Counted from the whole stretch's first letter, positions 19,934 through 29,846 are shown. The stretch is DNA of 63,663 nt, filler included, from Deltaproteobacteria bacterium (GCA_030698575.1; 9 parts of 9 records of this genome joined end to end with filler, not necessarily neighbours in it), one strand, 5' to 3'. Numbers and translations: made by a program. The notes: a model not told the origin generated them from the letters alone.

Positions 19934-20806
19934 ATGCAGATCTACATCGACGGCACCTATTACGAGCGCGATCAGGCGAAGATCTCCGTCTTCGACCATG
20001 GCCTCCTGTACGGCGACGGGGTGTTCGAGGGAATCCGCGTGTACGATGGGTGCGTCTTCCGCCTCCCGCGGCACATCGAGCGCCTGTATGAGTCGGCCAA
20101 GGCCATCGCGCTCGAGATCCCGATCCCGCAGGATCAGATGATCGACGTGGTGGTCGACACCGTCCGACGGAACGCCAGGCCGAGCGTCTACATCCGGCTC
20201 ATCGTGACGCGGGGGGTGGGGGATCTGGGCCTCGACCCGGCCAACTGCAAGCGGGCCTCGATCATCTGCATCGCCGACGATCTGAAGGTTTACCCGGAGG
20301 ATTACTACCGCAAGGGAATCAAGGTCGTCACGGCCTCGACGCGGCAGATCGGCGGGGCGGTCTTCGACGCGCGGATCAAGAGCCTGAACTACCTCAAGAA
20401 CGTTCTCGCCAAAATCGAGGCGCGGCGCGCGGGCACGCTCGAGGCCGTCATGCTGAACGATCAGGGCTTCGTGGCCGAGTGCACCGCCGACAACATCTTC
20501 ATCGCCAGGCGCGGCACGCTCCTAACCCCGCCGCTCTGGGACGGCGCGCTTGACGGGATCACCCGCGACGGGATTCTCGAGATCGCAGGGCGCATCGGCA
20601 TTCCCGCCCGTGAAGAACGGCTCACGCGGTTCGATCTCTTCAACGCCGACGAGTGTTTCCTGACGGGAACCGGCGCCGAGCTGATTCCCGTCGTGGATGT
20701 CGACGACCGGCGCATCGGGAACGGCACGCCCGGCGAGATGTCGCTCCGGATTCTGGAAGCCTTCCGCAAGCTCATCACCGAGGACGGCGTCCACGTCTCC
20801 TTCTGA
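19934..20806 (+). CDS. ilvE: Branched-chain amino acid aminotransferase
   Basis: DHGLLYGDGVFEGIR, IKSLNYL, ECTADNIF and FLTGTGAE. TATAAT lies 8 nt upstream of the ATG. Confidence 0.93.
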   Translation: MQIYIDGTYYERDQAKISVFDHGLLYGDGVFEGIRVYDGCVFRLPRHIERLYESAKAIALEIPIPQDQMIDVVVDTVRRNARPSVYIRLIVTRGVGDLGLDPANCKRASIICIADDLKVYPEDYYRKGIKVVTASTRQIGGAVFDARIKSLNYLKNVLAKIEARRAGTLEAVMLNDQGFVAECTADNIFIARRGTLLTPPLWDGALDGITRDGILEIAGRIGIPAREERLTRFDLFNADECFLTGTGAELIPVVDVDDRRIGNGTPGEMSLRILEAFRKLITEDGVHVSF

Positions 20807-20825
20807 CGGCGCGCCTCGGAGTCCA

Positions 20826-21986
20826 ATGATGGATCTCAGACTTAACGAAGAGCAGCAGATCATCATCGAGACTGTGCGCAAGTTCGTGCAGAAGGAGGTC
20901 ATGCCCGTGGCCTCCCGGCTCGAGCACGCCGACGAGTACCCGCACGCGCTGGTCGAGCGCCTGAAGGAGATGGGGCTCTTCGGCGCGACCATCCCCGAGG
21001 AGTACGGCGGGATGGGGCTGGACATGGTGACCTACTCGCTGGTCGTCGAGGAGATCTGCCGGGGCTGGATGAGCCTCTCCGGTGTGCTGAACACGCACCT
21101 CATCATGGCCTACGTAGTCCGCGCCTACGGCACCGAGGAGCAGAAGCGCCGCTGGCTGCCGAAGATGGCCACGGGCGAGAAGCGCGGCGGCCTTGCGCTC
21201 TCGGAGCCCGACGCCGGAAGCGACGTGCAGGCCATACGCGCGACCGCCGTCCGCGACGGCGAGCGCTACCTCGTGAACGGCGTCAAGATGTGGATCACCA
21301 ACGGGCGCCACGGCAACACCTTCCTCCTGCTCGCCAAGACCGACAGCGGCGCCAAGCCGCGTCACGCGGGAATCTCTGCATTCATCGTCGAGAAGGGGGA
21401 GAAGGGTTTCACCGTAAGCCGGGACATCAAGAAGCTCGGCTACAAGGGCATCGAAACCTGTGAGCTGGTCTTCGAGAACTACCCCATTCCCGCCGGCGGG
21501 CTCGTCGGAGGGAAGGAGGGCCGCGGTTTCGAAATGGTGATGGATGGCCTCGAGACGGGGCGCATCAACGTCGCGGCGCGGGCCGTGGGGGTGCTGCGGG
21601 CGGCTTTCGAGGATTCGATTCGCTACGCCCAGATCCGGCGGACCTTCGGAAAGCCCATCGCCGAGCACCAGCTCATCCAGTCGAAGCTCTCGCTCATGGC
21701 GACCGATCTCGAGGCCTCCCGGCTTCTGGTGCTGAACGCCGCGATGAAGAAGGATCGGGGCGAACGATGCGATCTGGAGGGCGGCATGGCCAAGCTCTTC
21801 GCCACGCAGGCCTGCGCGAAGCACACGCTGGAGGCCATTCATATTCATGGGGGCTACGGCTACACGACCGAGTTCGACGTCGAGCGCTACTTCCGCGACG
21901 CCCCCCTCATGACGGTAGGCGAGGGAACGAACGAGATCCAGCAGCTCGTTATCGCGCGCAACCTTTTGAAGAAATACGCAATCTAG
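20826..21986 (+). CDS. Acyl-CoA dehydrogenase
   Basis: LSEPDAGSD, NGVKMWITNG, IHGGYGY and GEGTNEIQ. Confidence 0.95.
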   Translation: MMDLRLNEEQQIIIETVRKFVQKEVMPVASRLEHADEYPHALVERLKEMGLFGATIPEEYGGMGLDMVTYSLVVEEICRGWMSLSGVLNTHLIMAYVVRAYGTEEQKRRWLPKMATGEKRGGLALSEPDAGSDVQAIRATAVRDGERYLVNGVKMWITNGRHGNTFLLLAKTDSGAKPRHAGISAFIVEKGEKGFTVSRDIKKLGYKGIETCELVFENYPIPAGGLVGGKEGRGFEMVMDGLETGRINVAARAVGVLRAAFEDSIRYAQIRRTFGKPIAEHQLIQSKLSLMATDLEASRLLVLNAAMKKDRGERCDLEGGMAKLFATQACAKHTLEAIHIHGGYGYTTEFDVERYFRDAPLMTVGEGTNEIQQLVIARNLLKKYAI

Positions 21987-22096
21987 CCGGGCGCGAGGGG
22001 GGGCGGCGGCGCGGCGTTCCACTGCCCCCATCGGCTATAATGGCGCAAACACCTTCACGCCGGGGCCCGGGAGGGCTCCGGCCGCGGCCGGAAAAA

Positions 22097-22825
22097 ATGC
22101 ATCGAACGGCGGGAATCGTCATCATCGGCAACGAGATCCTCTCGGGGAAGGTCCAGGACGCGAACTCCCCCTTCCTCTGCACCGAACTACGCGCGCTCGG
22201 CGTGGAAGTGCAGAAGATCTCGGCCATCGCCGACGACCCGGAACTCATCGCCCGTGAAGTCCGGGAGTTTTCCGAGCGCTTCGATCTGGTTTTCACGACG
22301 GGCGGCGTGGGGCCAACGCACGACGACATGACAATCGAGGGGATCGCCCGCGGCTTCGGCACCCGGGTCGTGCGCCATCCGCGCCTGCAGGAGATGATCG
22401 AGGGGTACTACAAGGGCGACGTGAAGGAAGCCCACCTGAAGATGGCCGAGGTGCCGGAGGGGTGCGAGCTGATCGAGGGCGAGCAACTCTGGGTGCCCGT
22501 GATGGTTTACCGGAACGTTTACATCTTCCCTGGGATCCCGGAGATACTCCGGCAGAAGTTCGAGACCATCAAGGAGCGCTTCCGCGAGGCGCCCTTCTTC
22601 CTGAGGAAGGTCTACGTGATGGAGGGCGAGAGCGCCATCGCCGAACTGCTGCACGATCTCCTGAAGAAATTCCCAGAACTGATGCTCGGGAGCTACCCCG
22701 TCATCAACCTTTCCGAATACAAGGTCATGCTCACGCTCGAATCCCGTAACGAGGCCTACCTGGAACAGGCGCTGAAGCGCCTGCTCGAGACGCTCCCCGC
22801 CCGCTCGGTCGTGCGCGTCGACTGA
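22097..22825 (+). CDS. CinA-like molybdopterin-binding domain protein
   Basis: IIGNEILSGKVQDAN, TTGGVGPTHDDMT and FPGIP. Confidence 0.88.
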   Translation: MHRTAGIVIIGNEILSGKVQDANSPFLCTELRALGVEVQKISAIADDPELIAREVREFSERFDLVFTTGGVGPTHDDMTIEGIARGFGTRVVRHPRLQEMIEGYYKGDVKEAHLKMAEVPEGCELIEGEQLWVPVMVYRNVYIFPGIPEILRQKFETIKERFREAPFFLRKVYVMEGESAIAELLHDLLKKFPELMLGSYPVINLSEYKVMLTLESRNEAYLEQALKRLLETLPARSVVRVD

Positions 22826-22853
22826 CCTGACATCGGGTCGCGCCCGCGCGGCC

Positions 22854-23144
22854 TCAGTCGTCTGCCGGCCTCGCCGCGCGCACCCGCTCGAGCACAACCT
22901 CGACGATCTTCGCGTCCACACCGAGCGGTTCCGCAAGGCGCGTGCGCAGGCCCGGATGGCGCGCAGCCGCTTCGGCGACCAGGCGCGGAATGTCGCGGGT
23001 CGTGTGGCGGCCCGGCCCGAGAAAGTAGGGGTGGATCACGATCTCCACCGCGCCCGCCGCCGCGCAGGCCTCGAATGCCCCGGTCAGCGTGGGCTCCGCC
23101 GACTCCATGTGGGCGTGCCGCACGAGATCATCGGGAAGCGCCTC
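22854..23144 (-). CDS. CbiX/SirB chelatase-like protein (5'-partial)
   Basis: AHMESAEPTL, HPYFLGPGRHTTRDIP and EPLG. Confidence 0.85.
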   Translation of the reverse strand, partial: EALPDDLVRHAHMESAEPTLTGAFEACAAAGAVEIVIHPYFLGPGRHTTRDIPRLVAEAAARHPGLRTRLAEPLGVDAKIVEVVLERVRAARPADD

Positions 23145-23336
23145 NNNNNNNNNNNNNNNNNNNNNNNNNNNNNNNNNNNNNNNNNNNNTTAATTAATTAA
23201 NNNNNNNNNNNNNNNNNNNNNNNNNNNNNNNNNNNNNNNNNNNNCGGCCCTCCTCGCAATGACATGCGAGCGCAATTGCATATGGGGACGGGACCCGTCG
23301 AGCACGGGAAGGCCGCGCCCCAACAAGGAGAAGATC

Positions 23337-23903
23337 ATGCGACTGGAACCCATAGAGAAACCGAAGGGACTCATGCTGCGGATTGCCTACTGGGCGTCGA
23401 AGCGGCGACTCGGAAAGGTCATGAGCCCGATGAAGGTCGTCTATGCGCGTATCCCCGGCGTCCTCAAGGTGTCTTACGATCTGGCGACCTTCGAGGAAAA
23501 GGGGATCAAGCTCGATCCCGCGCTAAAGCTCCTGGTCAAGTCCGTTACCGCGCAGATCAACGAGTGCGGCTTCTGCATGGACATCGCCGAGGCGATCGCC
23601 GTCCAGCAGCACATCGGCCTCGAGAAGTTCCACGCGCTCATGGACTACAAGACCGATCCGCGGTTCACGGAGCGCGAGCGGGCCGCCCTGGCCTACGCCG
23701 AAGAGGCCACCCGCAACAAGCGCGTGAGCGACGAGACCTTCGAGACTCTTCGCAAGCACTTCAACGAGCGCGAGATCGTGGAGATCACATGGGTCAATGC
23801 ACTGGAGAACTACTACAACCTGATCAGCATCCCGCTGGGACTCGAGTCCGACGGGCTGTGCGCCATCGCCCAGACCCGCGCGACAGAGCGCGGCGCCGCT
23901 TGA
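23337..23903 (+). CDS. AhpD/CMD family protein
   Basis: QINECGFCMDI, FTERERAALAYAEE and HFNEREIVEIT. AAGGAG RBS. Confidence 0.88.
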   Translation: MRLEPIEKPKGLMLRIAYWASKRRLGKVMSPMKVVYARIPGVLKVSYDLATFEEKGIKLDPALKLLVKSVTAQINECGFCMDIAEAIAVQQHIGLEKFHALMDYKTDPRFTERERAALAYAEEATRNKRVSDETFETLRKHFNEREIVEITWVNALENYYNLISIPLGLESDGLCAIAQTRATERGAA

Positions 23904-23966
23904 TCGAGGCCCCCCAATCGCGCTAGAAACGAGACCCCGCGCCCGCCGGCGCCTCCAGGTCTCGCG

Positions 23967-24953
23967 ATGCACCGTCCGAAAAACAAGGCTGCCGCAGTTC
24001 CCGTCGCCCGTCATCGCGCGGCCTTTCGCATGCTGCTTGCCGGGCCCACCGATTTCGATCGCTGTGTTCACCGCTACAGGGCTTTTGGAACCGACGAGGC
24101 TAACCGGCTGGACGAGGCGGGCGTGCTGCAGTTCGCGCGCGTGTTCCCGGAGGGGCGCTTTCTTGTGCGCGTTGCCGGCACGGGCGGGCTCGCAGCGCCG
24201 GCGGCGCGCGTGACCATCCTCGGCACGAGCGAGCCGGGTCCGGCCATCCGGCGCCGCGTTCGCGACGAGGTTCGCTGGCGGCTAGGCGGCGCCTTCGACC
24301 TCCGGCCCTTCTACCGCCGGGCGCGCCGCGACCCCGTGCTGGCGCAACTGGTCCGGCGGTTCCGGGGGTACCGGCCGCCGCTGGTCACTGACCCCTTCGA
24401 ATCGCTCGTCACGAGCATCTCGGCACAGCAGATCAATCTGGCCTTCGCCGCCACCACGCGCAGCCGCCTCGTGCGCGCCTATGGGCCCGCCGTGCAGACG
24501 CCCCAGGGAGAGCGGTTTCATGCCTTCCCCCGGCCCGAGGATCTGGCGCGAGTGCGCGAACCGCGTCTCCGGGCGATGCAATTCAGTGGCACGAAGACGA
24601 GGGCGATCCTGGGGCTCGCACGGGCGGCCGGGCGGGGCGAGGTGCCACTGGATGATCTTTCGGGGTGGGACGACGCGCGCATCCAGGAGTGTCTCACGGC
24701 GCAGTTCGGCATCGGGCGCTGGACCGTCGACTGGTTCCTCTCGCGCGCGCTCGGGCGGCCGGATGCCTGGCCGGCCGGGGATCTCGGCGTGCGCAAGGCG
24801 GTGTCGTGGTATTACTTCAAGAGGAACGACCAGAGCGAGGACCGGGTGCGCGAGTTTGGTGAGCGCTTCGGCGAGCATCGAAATCTGGCGGCGCACTATC
24901 TTCTGGTGGGCTGGGCCACCGAGCGGCGCGAGGCGCGCGCCGCGATGAAGTGA
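23967..24953 (+). CDS. DNA-3-methyladenine glycosylase II (AlkA family)
   Basis: DPFESLVTSISAQQI, HhH GIGRWT and WPAGDLGVRKA. Confidence 0.88.
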   Translation: MHRPKNKAAAVPVARHRAAFRMLLAGPTDFDRCVHRYRAFGTDEANRLDEAGVLQFARVFPEGRFLVRVAGTGGLAAPAARVTILGTSEPGPAIRRRVRDEVRWRLGGAFDLRPFYRRARRDPVLAQLVRRFRGYRPPLVTDPFESLVTSISAQQINLAFAATTRSRLVRAYGPAVQTPQGERFHAFPRPEDLARVREPRLRAMQFSGTKTRAILGLARAAGRGEVPLDDLSGWDDARIQECLTAQFGIGRWTVDWFLSRALGRPDAWPAGDLGVRKAVSWYYFKRNDQSEDRVREFGERFGEHRNLAAHYLLVGWATERREARAAMK

Positions 24954-24979
24954 GGCAATCTGATGAAGGGTGCAATGCC

Positions 24980-25408
24980 GTGGCGAAGCTGACCGCAGAA
25001 GAGGTGCAGGCGTTTCTGAAGCGGGACTTTCCCCAGACCACTTCCATCGTCGAGAGCATCGGTGACGGGACCGCGACGGTTCGCCAGAAGATCACCGAGG
25101 CCAACCTCCGGCCGGGGAACACCGTGTCGGGGCCGACGCTCATGGCGCTGGCCGACCATGCGACCTACGTCGTTCTGCTTTCGCAAATCGGCATCGTGCC
25201 GCTCGCCGTCACCACCAACCTGAACATCACCTTCATGCGGAAGCTGGCGCCGGGCGCGGATCTCCTGGCGACCGCGAAGCTCCTGAAGCTCGGCGCCCGC
25301 CTGGCGGTCGCCGAAGTGCATCTTCGTTCGGCCGAGTCTCCCGACATCCTCGCGCAAGCCACTGTCACCTACTCGATCCCGCCGGGCGTTCGCCGGGAGC
25401 CGGAATGA
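24980..25408 (+). CDS. PaaI family thioesterase
   Basis: LRPGNTVSGPTLMALAD and AVTTNLNITFMRK. Confidence 0.88.
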   Translation: MAKLTAEEVQAFLKRDFPQTTSIVESIGDGTATVRQKITEANLRPGNTVSGPTLMALADHATYVVLLSQIGIVPLAVTTNLNITFMRKLAPGADLLATAKLLKLGARLAVAEVHLRSAESPDILAQATVTYSIPPGVRREPE

Positions 25409-26445
25409 CCAAGGATCTCCGGGAAAACCGGCGTACGCGCCCGTTCGGGGCGCCGTTCGTCCTCCTGGTCTTGCTCGCCACGCCCACCCCGATGCTCGCT
25501 TGGGGACTCGCGGCGCACACGATGATCACCCGCCAGGCCGTCGAAGCCTGCCCCGAACCGCTGCGCGCCGATCTGCGCGCCCACCGCGAAGAGTTGGTCG
25601 AACGATCGCTCGAGCCCGACACGCGCCTTCGCAAACGAGACGGCCGGCGCGAGAACGTCCGCCACTTCCTGAACCTCGAGATTCTCGACGGCCCGCCCTT
25701 CACGAATATTCCCGCCGATGAGAAAGCGGCGCGCGATCGTTACGGCGCACAGCGCCTGAACCGGGCGGGAAAGCTCCCCTGGAGCGCTGCGCGGGTCTAT
25801 GCCGATCTCGTGGCGGCGCTGCACAAGGGCGAGCGTGAACGCGCGATCATTCTCATGGGCCACCTGGCGCACTACGCTTCCGACGCCCGCTCGCCGCTCC
25901 ATTCGACGACGAACTACGACGGCCGCCGCACGGGGAACGATGGCATCCACCGCCTGTACGAGAGTGCAATGGTGCAGAAGCGGGCCAAGTTCTTTCGGGA
26001 GGAGAAGCGCGCGAGGCAGGTGGCCGAGGCGCGCATCGAGAATGTGGCAGGGCGCATGCTCGAGGTTTTGCGCGAGGGGCACGCGGGGGTCGATGCCATT
26101 CTGGCGGCTGACGATCGGTCGCGCCGGGCAGGCAAGCCCGGAACCGGCGCCTATCTCGACGCGCTCTTCGACGAGGTCGGCGCATCTGCCCGGGATCGGA
26201 TGCGCAAGGCTGCGCGTGATGTGGCGGCGCTGTGGACGAGCGCTTGGCTGGAGGCGGGAAGGGTGCGGCTAGCGGATGGGGGCGACGGGCGCGGGGCGCG
26301 AATTCGCTGGGCTGGCTGCGGCTCGTCCGGCGATCCCGCGGCCGCGGCAGAGACGGCGGAAGGAGCAGGCGAGGCAGCGCTCGAGATCGGCGGTCTTGGG
26401 GAAGTCGTCCTCGCGGGCGACGTTCTGAGCGGAATCGGCCAGTAG
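25405..26445 (+). CDS. Secreted Zn-dependent phospholipase C / S1-P1 nuclease family protein
   Basis: Signal peptide, then WGLAAH, EPD, GHLAHYASD..PLH and GIHRLYE Zn ligands. The last ~58 codons are an antisense overlap. Confidence 0.82.
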   Translation: MTKDLRENRRTRPFGAPFVLLVLLATPTPMLAWGLAAHTMITRQAVEACPEPLRADLRAHREELVERSLEPDTRLRKRDGRRENVRHFLNLEILDGPPFTNIPADEKAARDRYGAQRLNRAGKLPWSAARVYADLVAALHKGERERAIILMGHLAHYASDARSPLHSTTNYDGRRTGNDGIHRLYESAMVQKRAKFFREEKRARQVAEARIENVAGRMLEVLREGHAGVDAILAADDRSRRAGKPGTGAYLDALFDEVGASARDRMRKAARDVAALWTSAWLEAGRVRLADGGDGRGARIRWAGCGSSGDPAAAAETAEGAGEAALEIGGLGEVVLAGDVLSGIGQ

Positions 26446-27369
26446 CGCCTGCATGTCGCGAACGCTTCCCAGGATAGACGCCCGCGCGGCTTCGAGGTCG
26501 GCGCCGCTCACCGCCAGGCGGCGCTCGTCGCCGTCGATGAGCGAGAGATCGATGATGCGCAGCCGGTCGAGCGGAACTTGCCAGGTGGCCATGGCATAGA
26601 GGGCCTGGGTCGCCGTCTGCAGTTGCTCGTCCTTCCGCTCGGCGCCCGCCCGGCCGGTGCGCCAGTTCGCCAGCACTACGCTCCCCTCATCGCCGCGGTA
26701 TGCGGCGTCGATCTGGACCCACGCCCGCACCGTCATATCCCCGAGATCGAGCGGAAATCCACGAGGTTCGCCGGCGTCGAGCCACATGGCCGGAGGCACG
26801 GCGCGCAGGCGCCGGTAGAGCGGCGAGGCGTAAAAGCCCCGCAGGCAGCCATCGACGATCGCCGCCGTGGCGCGCCACTCCGCGGGCGAGACGGGCAGCG
26901 CGAACTCGTGCTCGAAGAGCCCGACGCGCCGCTTGGGATCGGCGCGGTTCTGCCGGCGCTTCGAGGCGATCCAATCGGCGCGCATGCGGGCAAGCGTTAT
27001 CTCGACGACCTCGTCGGGGGGGAGGACGGAACGGCCGTTGCGAAGATGCGCGATGCTGCGGCCGATGGCCTCGTGCACCACTGTGCCGGCCCACATCTGC
27101 CGCGTCTTGAGGTTCTTGAGGACGTACAGCTCGCGCGCGCGGGGCGTAGCGGTGACGCTCCATCCGCCCCACATGCCGTAGTGCGTGTAATAGTATTTGC
27201 GCGCGCACTCGCGCAGCACCCGGTCGCGCGAAAGCGACCAGGAGAACTCGTTCCGAAGGGGGGAAGCGCAGGAGGCCGGCGAACGCCGCGCGGGCCGCGA
27301 TGCCGGGTGTGCCGGCGCCGTGCGAGACGGAGAACGGGCGGGCGCGGTGGCGAGTTCAGAGGACTTCAT
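26269..27369 (-). CDS. PD-(D/E)XK (RecB/Cas4-like) family protein with a degenerate active site
   Basis: FSWSLSR..ECARKYY, GTVVHEAI, IDAAY, NWRTG (instead of DWKTG) and C-terminal CLACSFRRLC. Confidence 0.78.
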   Translation of the reverse strand: MKSSELATAPARSPSRTAPAHPASRPARRSPASCASPLRNEFSWSLSRDRVLRECARKYYYTHYGMWGGWSVTATPRARELYVLKNLKTRQMWAGTVVHEAIGRSIAHLRNGRSVLPPDEVVEITLARMRADWIASKRRQNRADPKRRVGLFEHEFALPVSPAEWRATAAIVDGCLRGFYASPLYRRLRAVPPAMWLDAGEPRGFPLDLGDMTVRAWVQIDAAYRGDEGSVVLANWRTGRAGAERKDEQLQTATQALYAMATWQVPLDRLRIIDLSLIDGDERRLAVSGADLEAARASILGSVRDMQALLADSAQNVAREDDFPKTADLERCLACSFRRLCRGRGIAGRAAASPANSRPAPVAPIR

Positions 27370-27489
27370 GGAAGGGAGAATAGGGGAGGGGTGTGACATG
27401 GGGCAGGCGTGACCTCGGGGGGGAGGGCGTCCGACCAACCCACCGCGCTTGCCCCGCCACGGCGCGCTCGAACCGGTCCGTGATACCAT

Positions 27490-27764
27490 TCGGTATCCAG
27501 GACGACCGGATTTCGATGGATGGCACGATCGAGCGCTGGGCGGCGCGGATAACGGATGCGACGCTCGCGGGCATCCTCGAATACATGAGCATCGTCAATC
27601 CCGCGCCGCGGCGCTACGACTACTGGCTCGCGGTGACGCACTTCTTCAATCACCACACACACCATCGCGGCCAGCTCACAACCTTGCTCTCGCAGTGTGG
27701 CAAAGACTACGGTGTGACCGATCTGATCTCGTTGCCCGGAGTTCAGAACCGGGGTCAGGCGTGA
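27490..27764 (+). pseudogene. DinB family protein, C-terminal half only
   Basis: HFFNHHTHHRGQLTTLLSQ.G.DYGVTDL is present. No room or similarity for the N-terminal half. Confidence 0.65.
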
Positions 27765-27845
27765 CTTTCGTGACTTGTTGGCCTTCGGGGAGCGGGCGTG
27801 GTGGTTAAATAAAATAAGTCAATACGTCACGCCTGACCCCGGTTC
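27746..27845. mobile_element. 100-bp MITE/REPIN-like inverted-repeat element
   Basis: Perfect 20-bp IR GAACCGGGGTCAGGCGTGAC (27746-27765) / GTCACGCCTGACCCCGGTTC (27826-27845), with an inner TGACTT/AAGTCA pair. Confidence 0.7.
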
Positions 27846-27874
27846 GCCCGAAAATTGGCTGCGAGGGATACGCC

Positions 27875-28600
27875 ATGAAACGAACACTGAGAGTCGCCAG
27901 CATCGGCTTCGCAATTCTGCTGCTGGTGGCCGCCGCGGGCGTCTGGCACATGGCCTTCCGCACTCCGCCGGTCGATCTTCTGCCGCTTCCCGAAGATCTC
28001 GTTGCCATCGAGACAGCCCCTGGCCAGCAGCTACTGGCTGAAAGCCGCTTCACCGCTGATCACGCAAGTCTTGCCGGGAGCTTCGTATCGCAATCGCGCC
28101 GCGGTTTCTGCGGCGTTGCCACCTCCGTTGCCGTTCTGAACGCGCTCCGCCGCCCCGAACCGCCAATTACCCAGTCGACCTTCTTCACCGATGCCGCGCG
28201 GGAGGTGCGCGGCCCGCTCCAGGTGAGCCTTGGCGGCATGACCCTGGGCCAGCTCGGCGATCTTCTCCGCGCGCATGGACTGGACGTCACCGTCTACTAC
28301 GCATCGGAGACGGGCATCCTCTCCTTTCGATCCGTCGCGCGAGAGAACCTGACGACCAGCGGAGATTACCTGCTGGTGAACTATCAGCGCGCGGAGCTCG
28401 GGCAAGGCGAGACGGGGCATATCTCGCCCGTCGCGGCTTACCACGCCGCAACCGACCGCTTTCTCATCCTCGATGCCGCCGCCTACAAGTATCCCCCGGT
28501 CTGGGTGGGCGCCGAAGCGCTCTGGCGCGCGATGAACACGATCGACCCCTCGTCCAGTCGAAGCCGCGGATTCGTCGTCGTTCGCGAAGGAATCTCGTGA
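27875..28600 (+). CDS. Phytochelatin synthase family protein with N-terminal signal/anchor
   Basis: Catalytic triad motifs Q..GFCGVATS, GHISPV and LILDAA; also YKYPPVWV. Confidence 0.9.
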   Translation: MKRTLRVASIGFAILLLVAAAGVWHMAFRTPPVDLLPLPEDLVAIETAPGQQLLAESRFTADHASLAGSFVSQSRRGFCGVATSVAVLNALRRPEPPITQSTFFTDAAREVRGPLQVSLGGMTLGQLGDLLRAHGLDVTVYYASETGILSFRSVARENLTTSGDYLLVNYQRAELGQGETGHISPVAAYHAATDRFLILDAAAYKYPPVWVGAEALWRAMNTIDPSSSRSRGFVVVREGIS

Positions 28601-28653
28601 TGCGGCTCCAGCTCGTCCACCCCGCTCGTTGATTGCGCTCAAGGAGGCACGGC

Positions 28654-29046
28654 ATGGCTCATGATCGTCAGAAATCGCTCCGGATTGCGCTGGTCGTCTT
28701 CGGGATTGCCTTCTTGCTGGTCTATCCGCTTATGTTCATCTGGCCCTCCGGCTGGGCGTGGCAGCCCGGCCAGCACGAGTACGAGCAGATGATCGTCGGC
28801 ATCTACGCAACGCTCGGCATCTTCGTCTTGCGGGCATCGCGAAACCCCGAAGCGCATCTGAGCCTCATCTGGTTCACCGTCTGGTCCAGCGTCGTCCACG
28901 GAGGCATCATGGCCGTGCAGGCCAACGTCGATCCGAAGGATCGCGGTCATCTGCCGGGAGACGTGGCGGCGCTTTTCCTCGTCGCGATCGTGCTCGGTGT
29001 TCTCACGCCGCGCGGCGTCGTCTCACGCCCGAGTGGCTCGGCGTGA
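28654..29046 (+). CDS. Small membrane protein (DUF6632-like)
   Basis: WPSGWAW, YATLGIF and SLIWFTVWSSVVHGGIMA. AGGAGG RBS. Confidence 0.7.
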   Translation: MAHDRQKSLRIALVVFGIAFLLVYPLMFIWPSGWAWQPGQHEYEQMIVGIYATLGIFVLRASRNPEAHLSLIWFTVWSSVVHGGIMAVQANVDPKDRGHLPGDVAALFLVAIVLGVLTPRGVVSRPSGSA

Positions 29047-29171
29047 CGGACGTCACGGGCCCGCCTGTTCANNNNNNNNNNNNNNNNNNNNNNNNNNNNN
29101 NNNNNNNNNNNNNNNTTAATTAATTAANNNNNNNNNNNNNNNNNNNNNNNNNNNNNNNNNNNNNNNNNNNN

Positions 29172-29746
29172 GAGGGCTGGGTCACGCGGCTCGCGCCGGT
29201 CGTGCCGAAGTAGAGCGTCATCCCGTCCTTGGTCTCGACCGTCCAGCGGTCGTTCTCCGTTCCAATGTCCCAGCGGCGCACCCGGACGAATGACTCGTTG
29301 AGCGTGCTGTACTCTCGGAACGAAGGGCTCGTGTTCTCCCGGATCTTGATGAGCTTGTCGTCGTTGAAGACGAAGTGATCGGTTTCCGGGCTGTCCACGT
29401 AGGAGGGGGTGCCCTGTCGGGTGTCACGCCTGATGGCCCCGAGATCCAGAGACCATCCGAATCCCACCCAGGAACTCCCCTTGGCGGAGCTATACGTCAG
29501 GCTGAGATTCGGCTGGAGGCCGTGGGTTCCAGGAGGGATCTGGATCGGGTAGCTGAACGATGCGCCCCCCGTGAAGAGGTCGGTCTTGAAGTTCTCAAGC
29601 CCGCCTCCCCCGGGACCGTTCCCGGTGACCGGCCTTCCGGATGTGAGCGGGTCGGTCGACGTGTCAGAATCAACGGCGGCCAGAACGCGGGGTGGAGGCA
29701 GCAGGATGATCAGCGATAGAGCAAGGCACAGGACCCTCTTCCACAT
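29172..29746 (-). CDS. SpvB/TcaC N-terminal domain RHS/Tc-like secreted protein (3'-partial)
   Basis: Signal peptide, then FKTDLFTGGASFSYPIQIPPGTHGLQPNLSLTYSS, WVGFGWSL and WTVETKDG. Confidence 0.85.
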
Positions 29747-29846
29747 GGCACCCTCGAAGGCGAAAGGGCTCCCGCCCGGTCCGGGATGGATCAGGCGGAG
29801 GCCCCACGTGTCAGATCGATACCCTCCCCCCAAGTAGGAATACCGA

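Noticed and set aside
26269-27369. Cas4 of a CRISPR system
   Set aside because: No cas1/cas2 or array nearby. It is a stand-alone PD-(D/E)XK family member.
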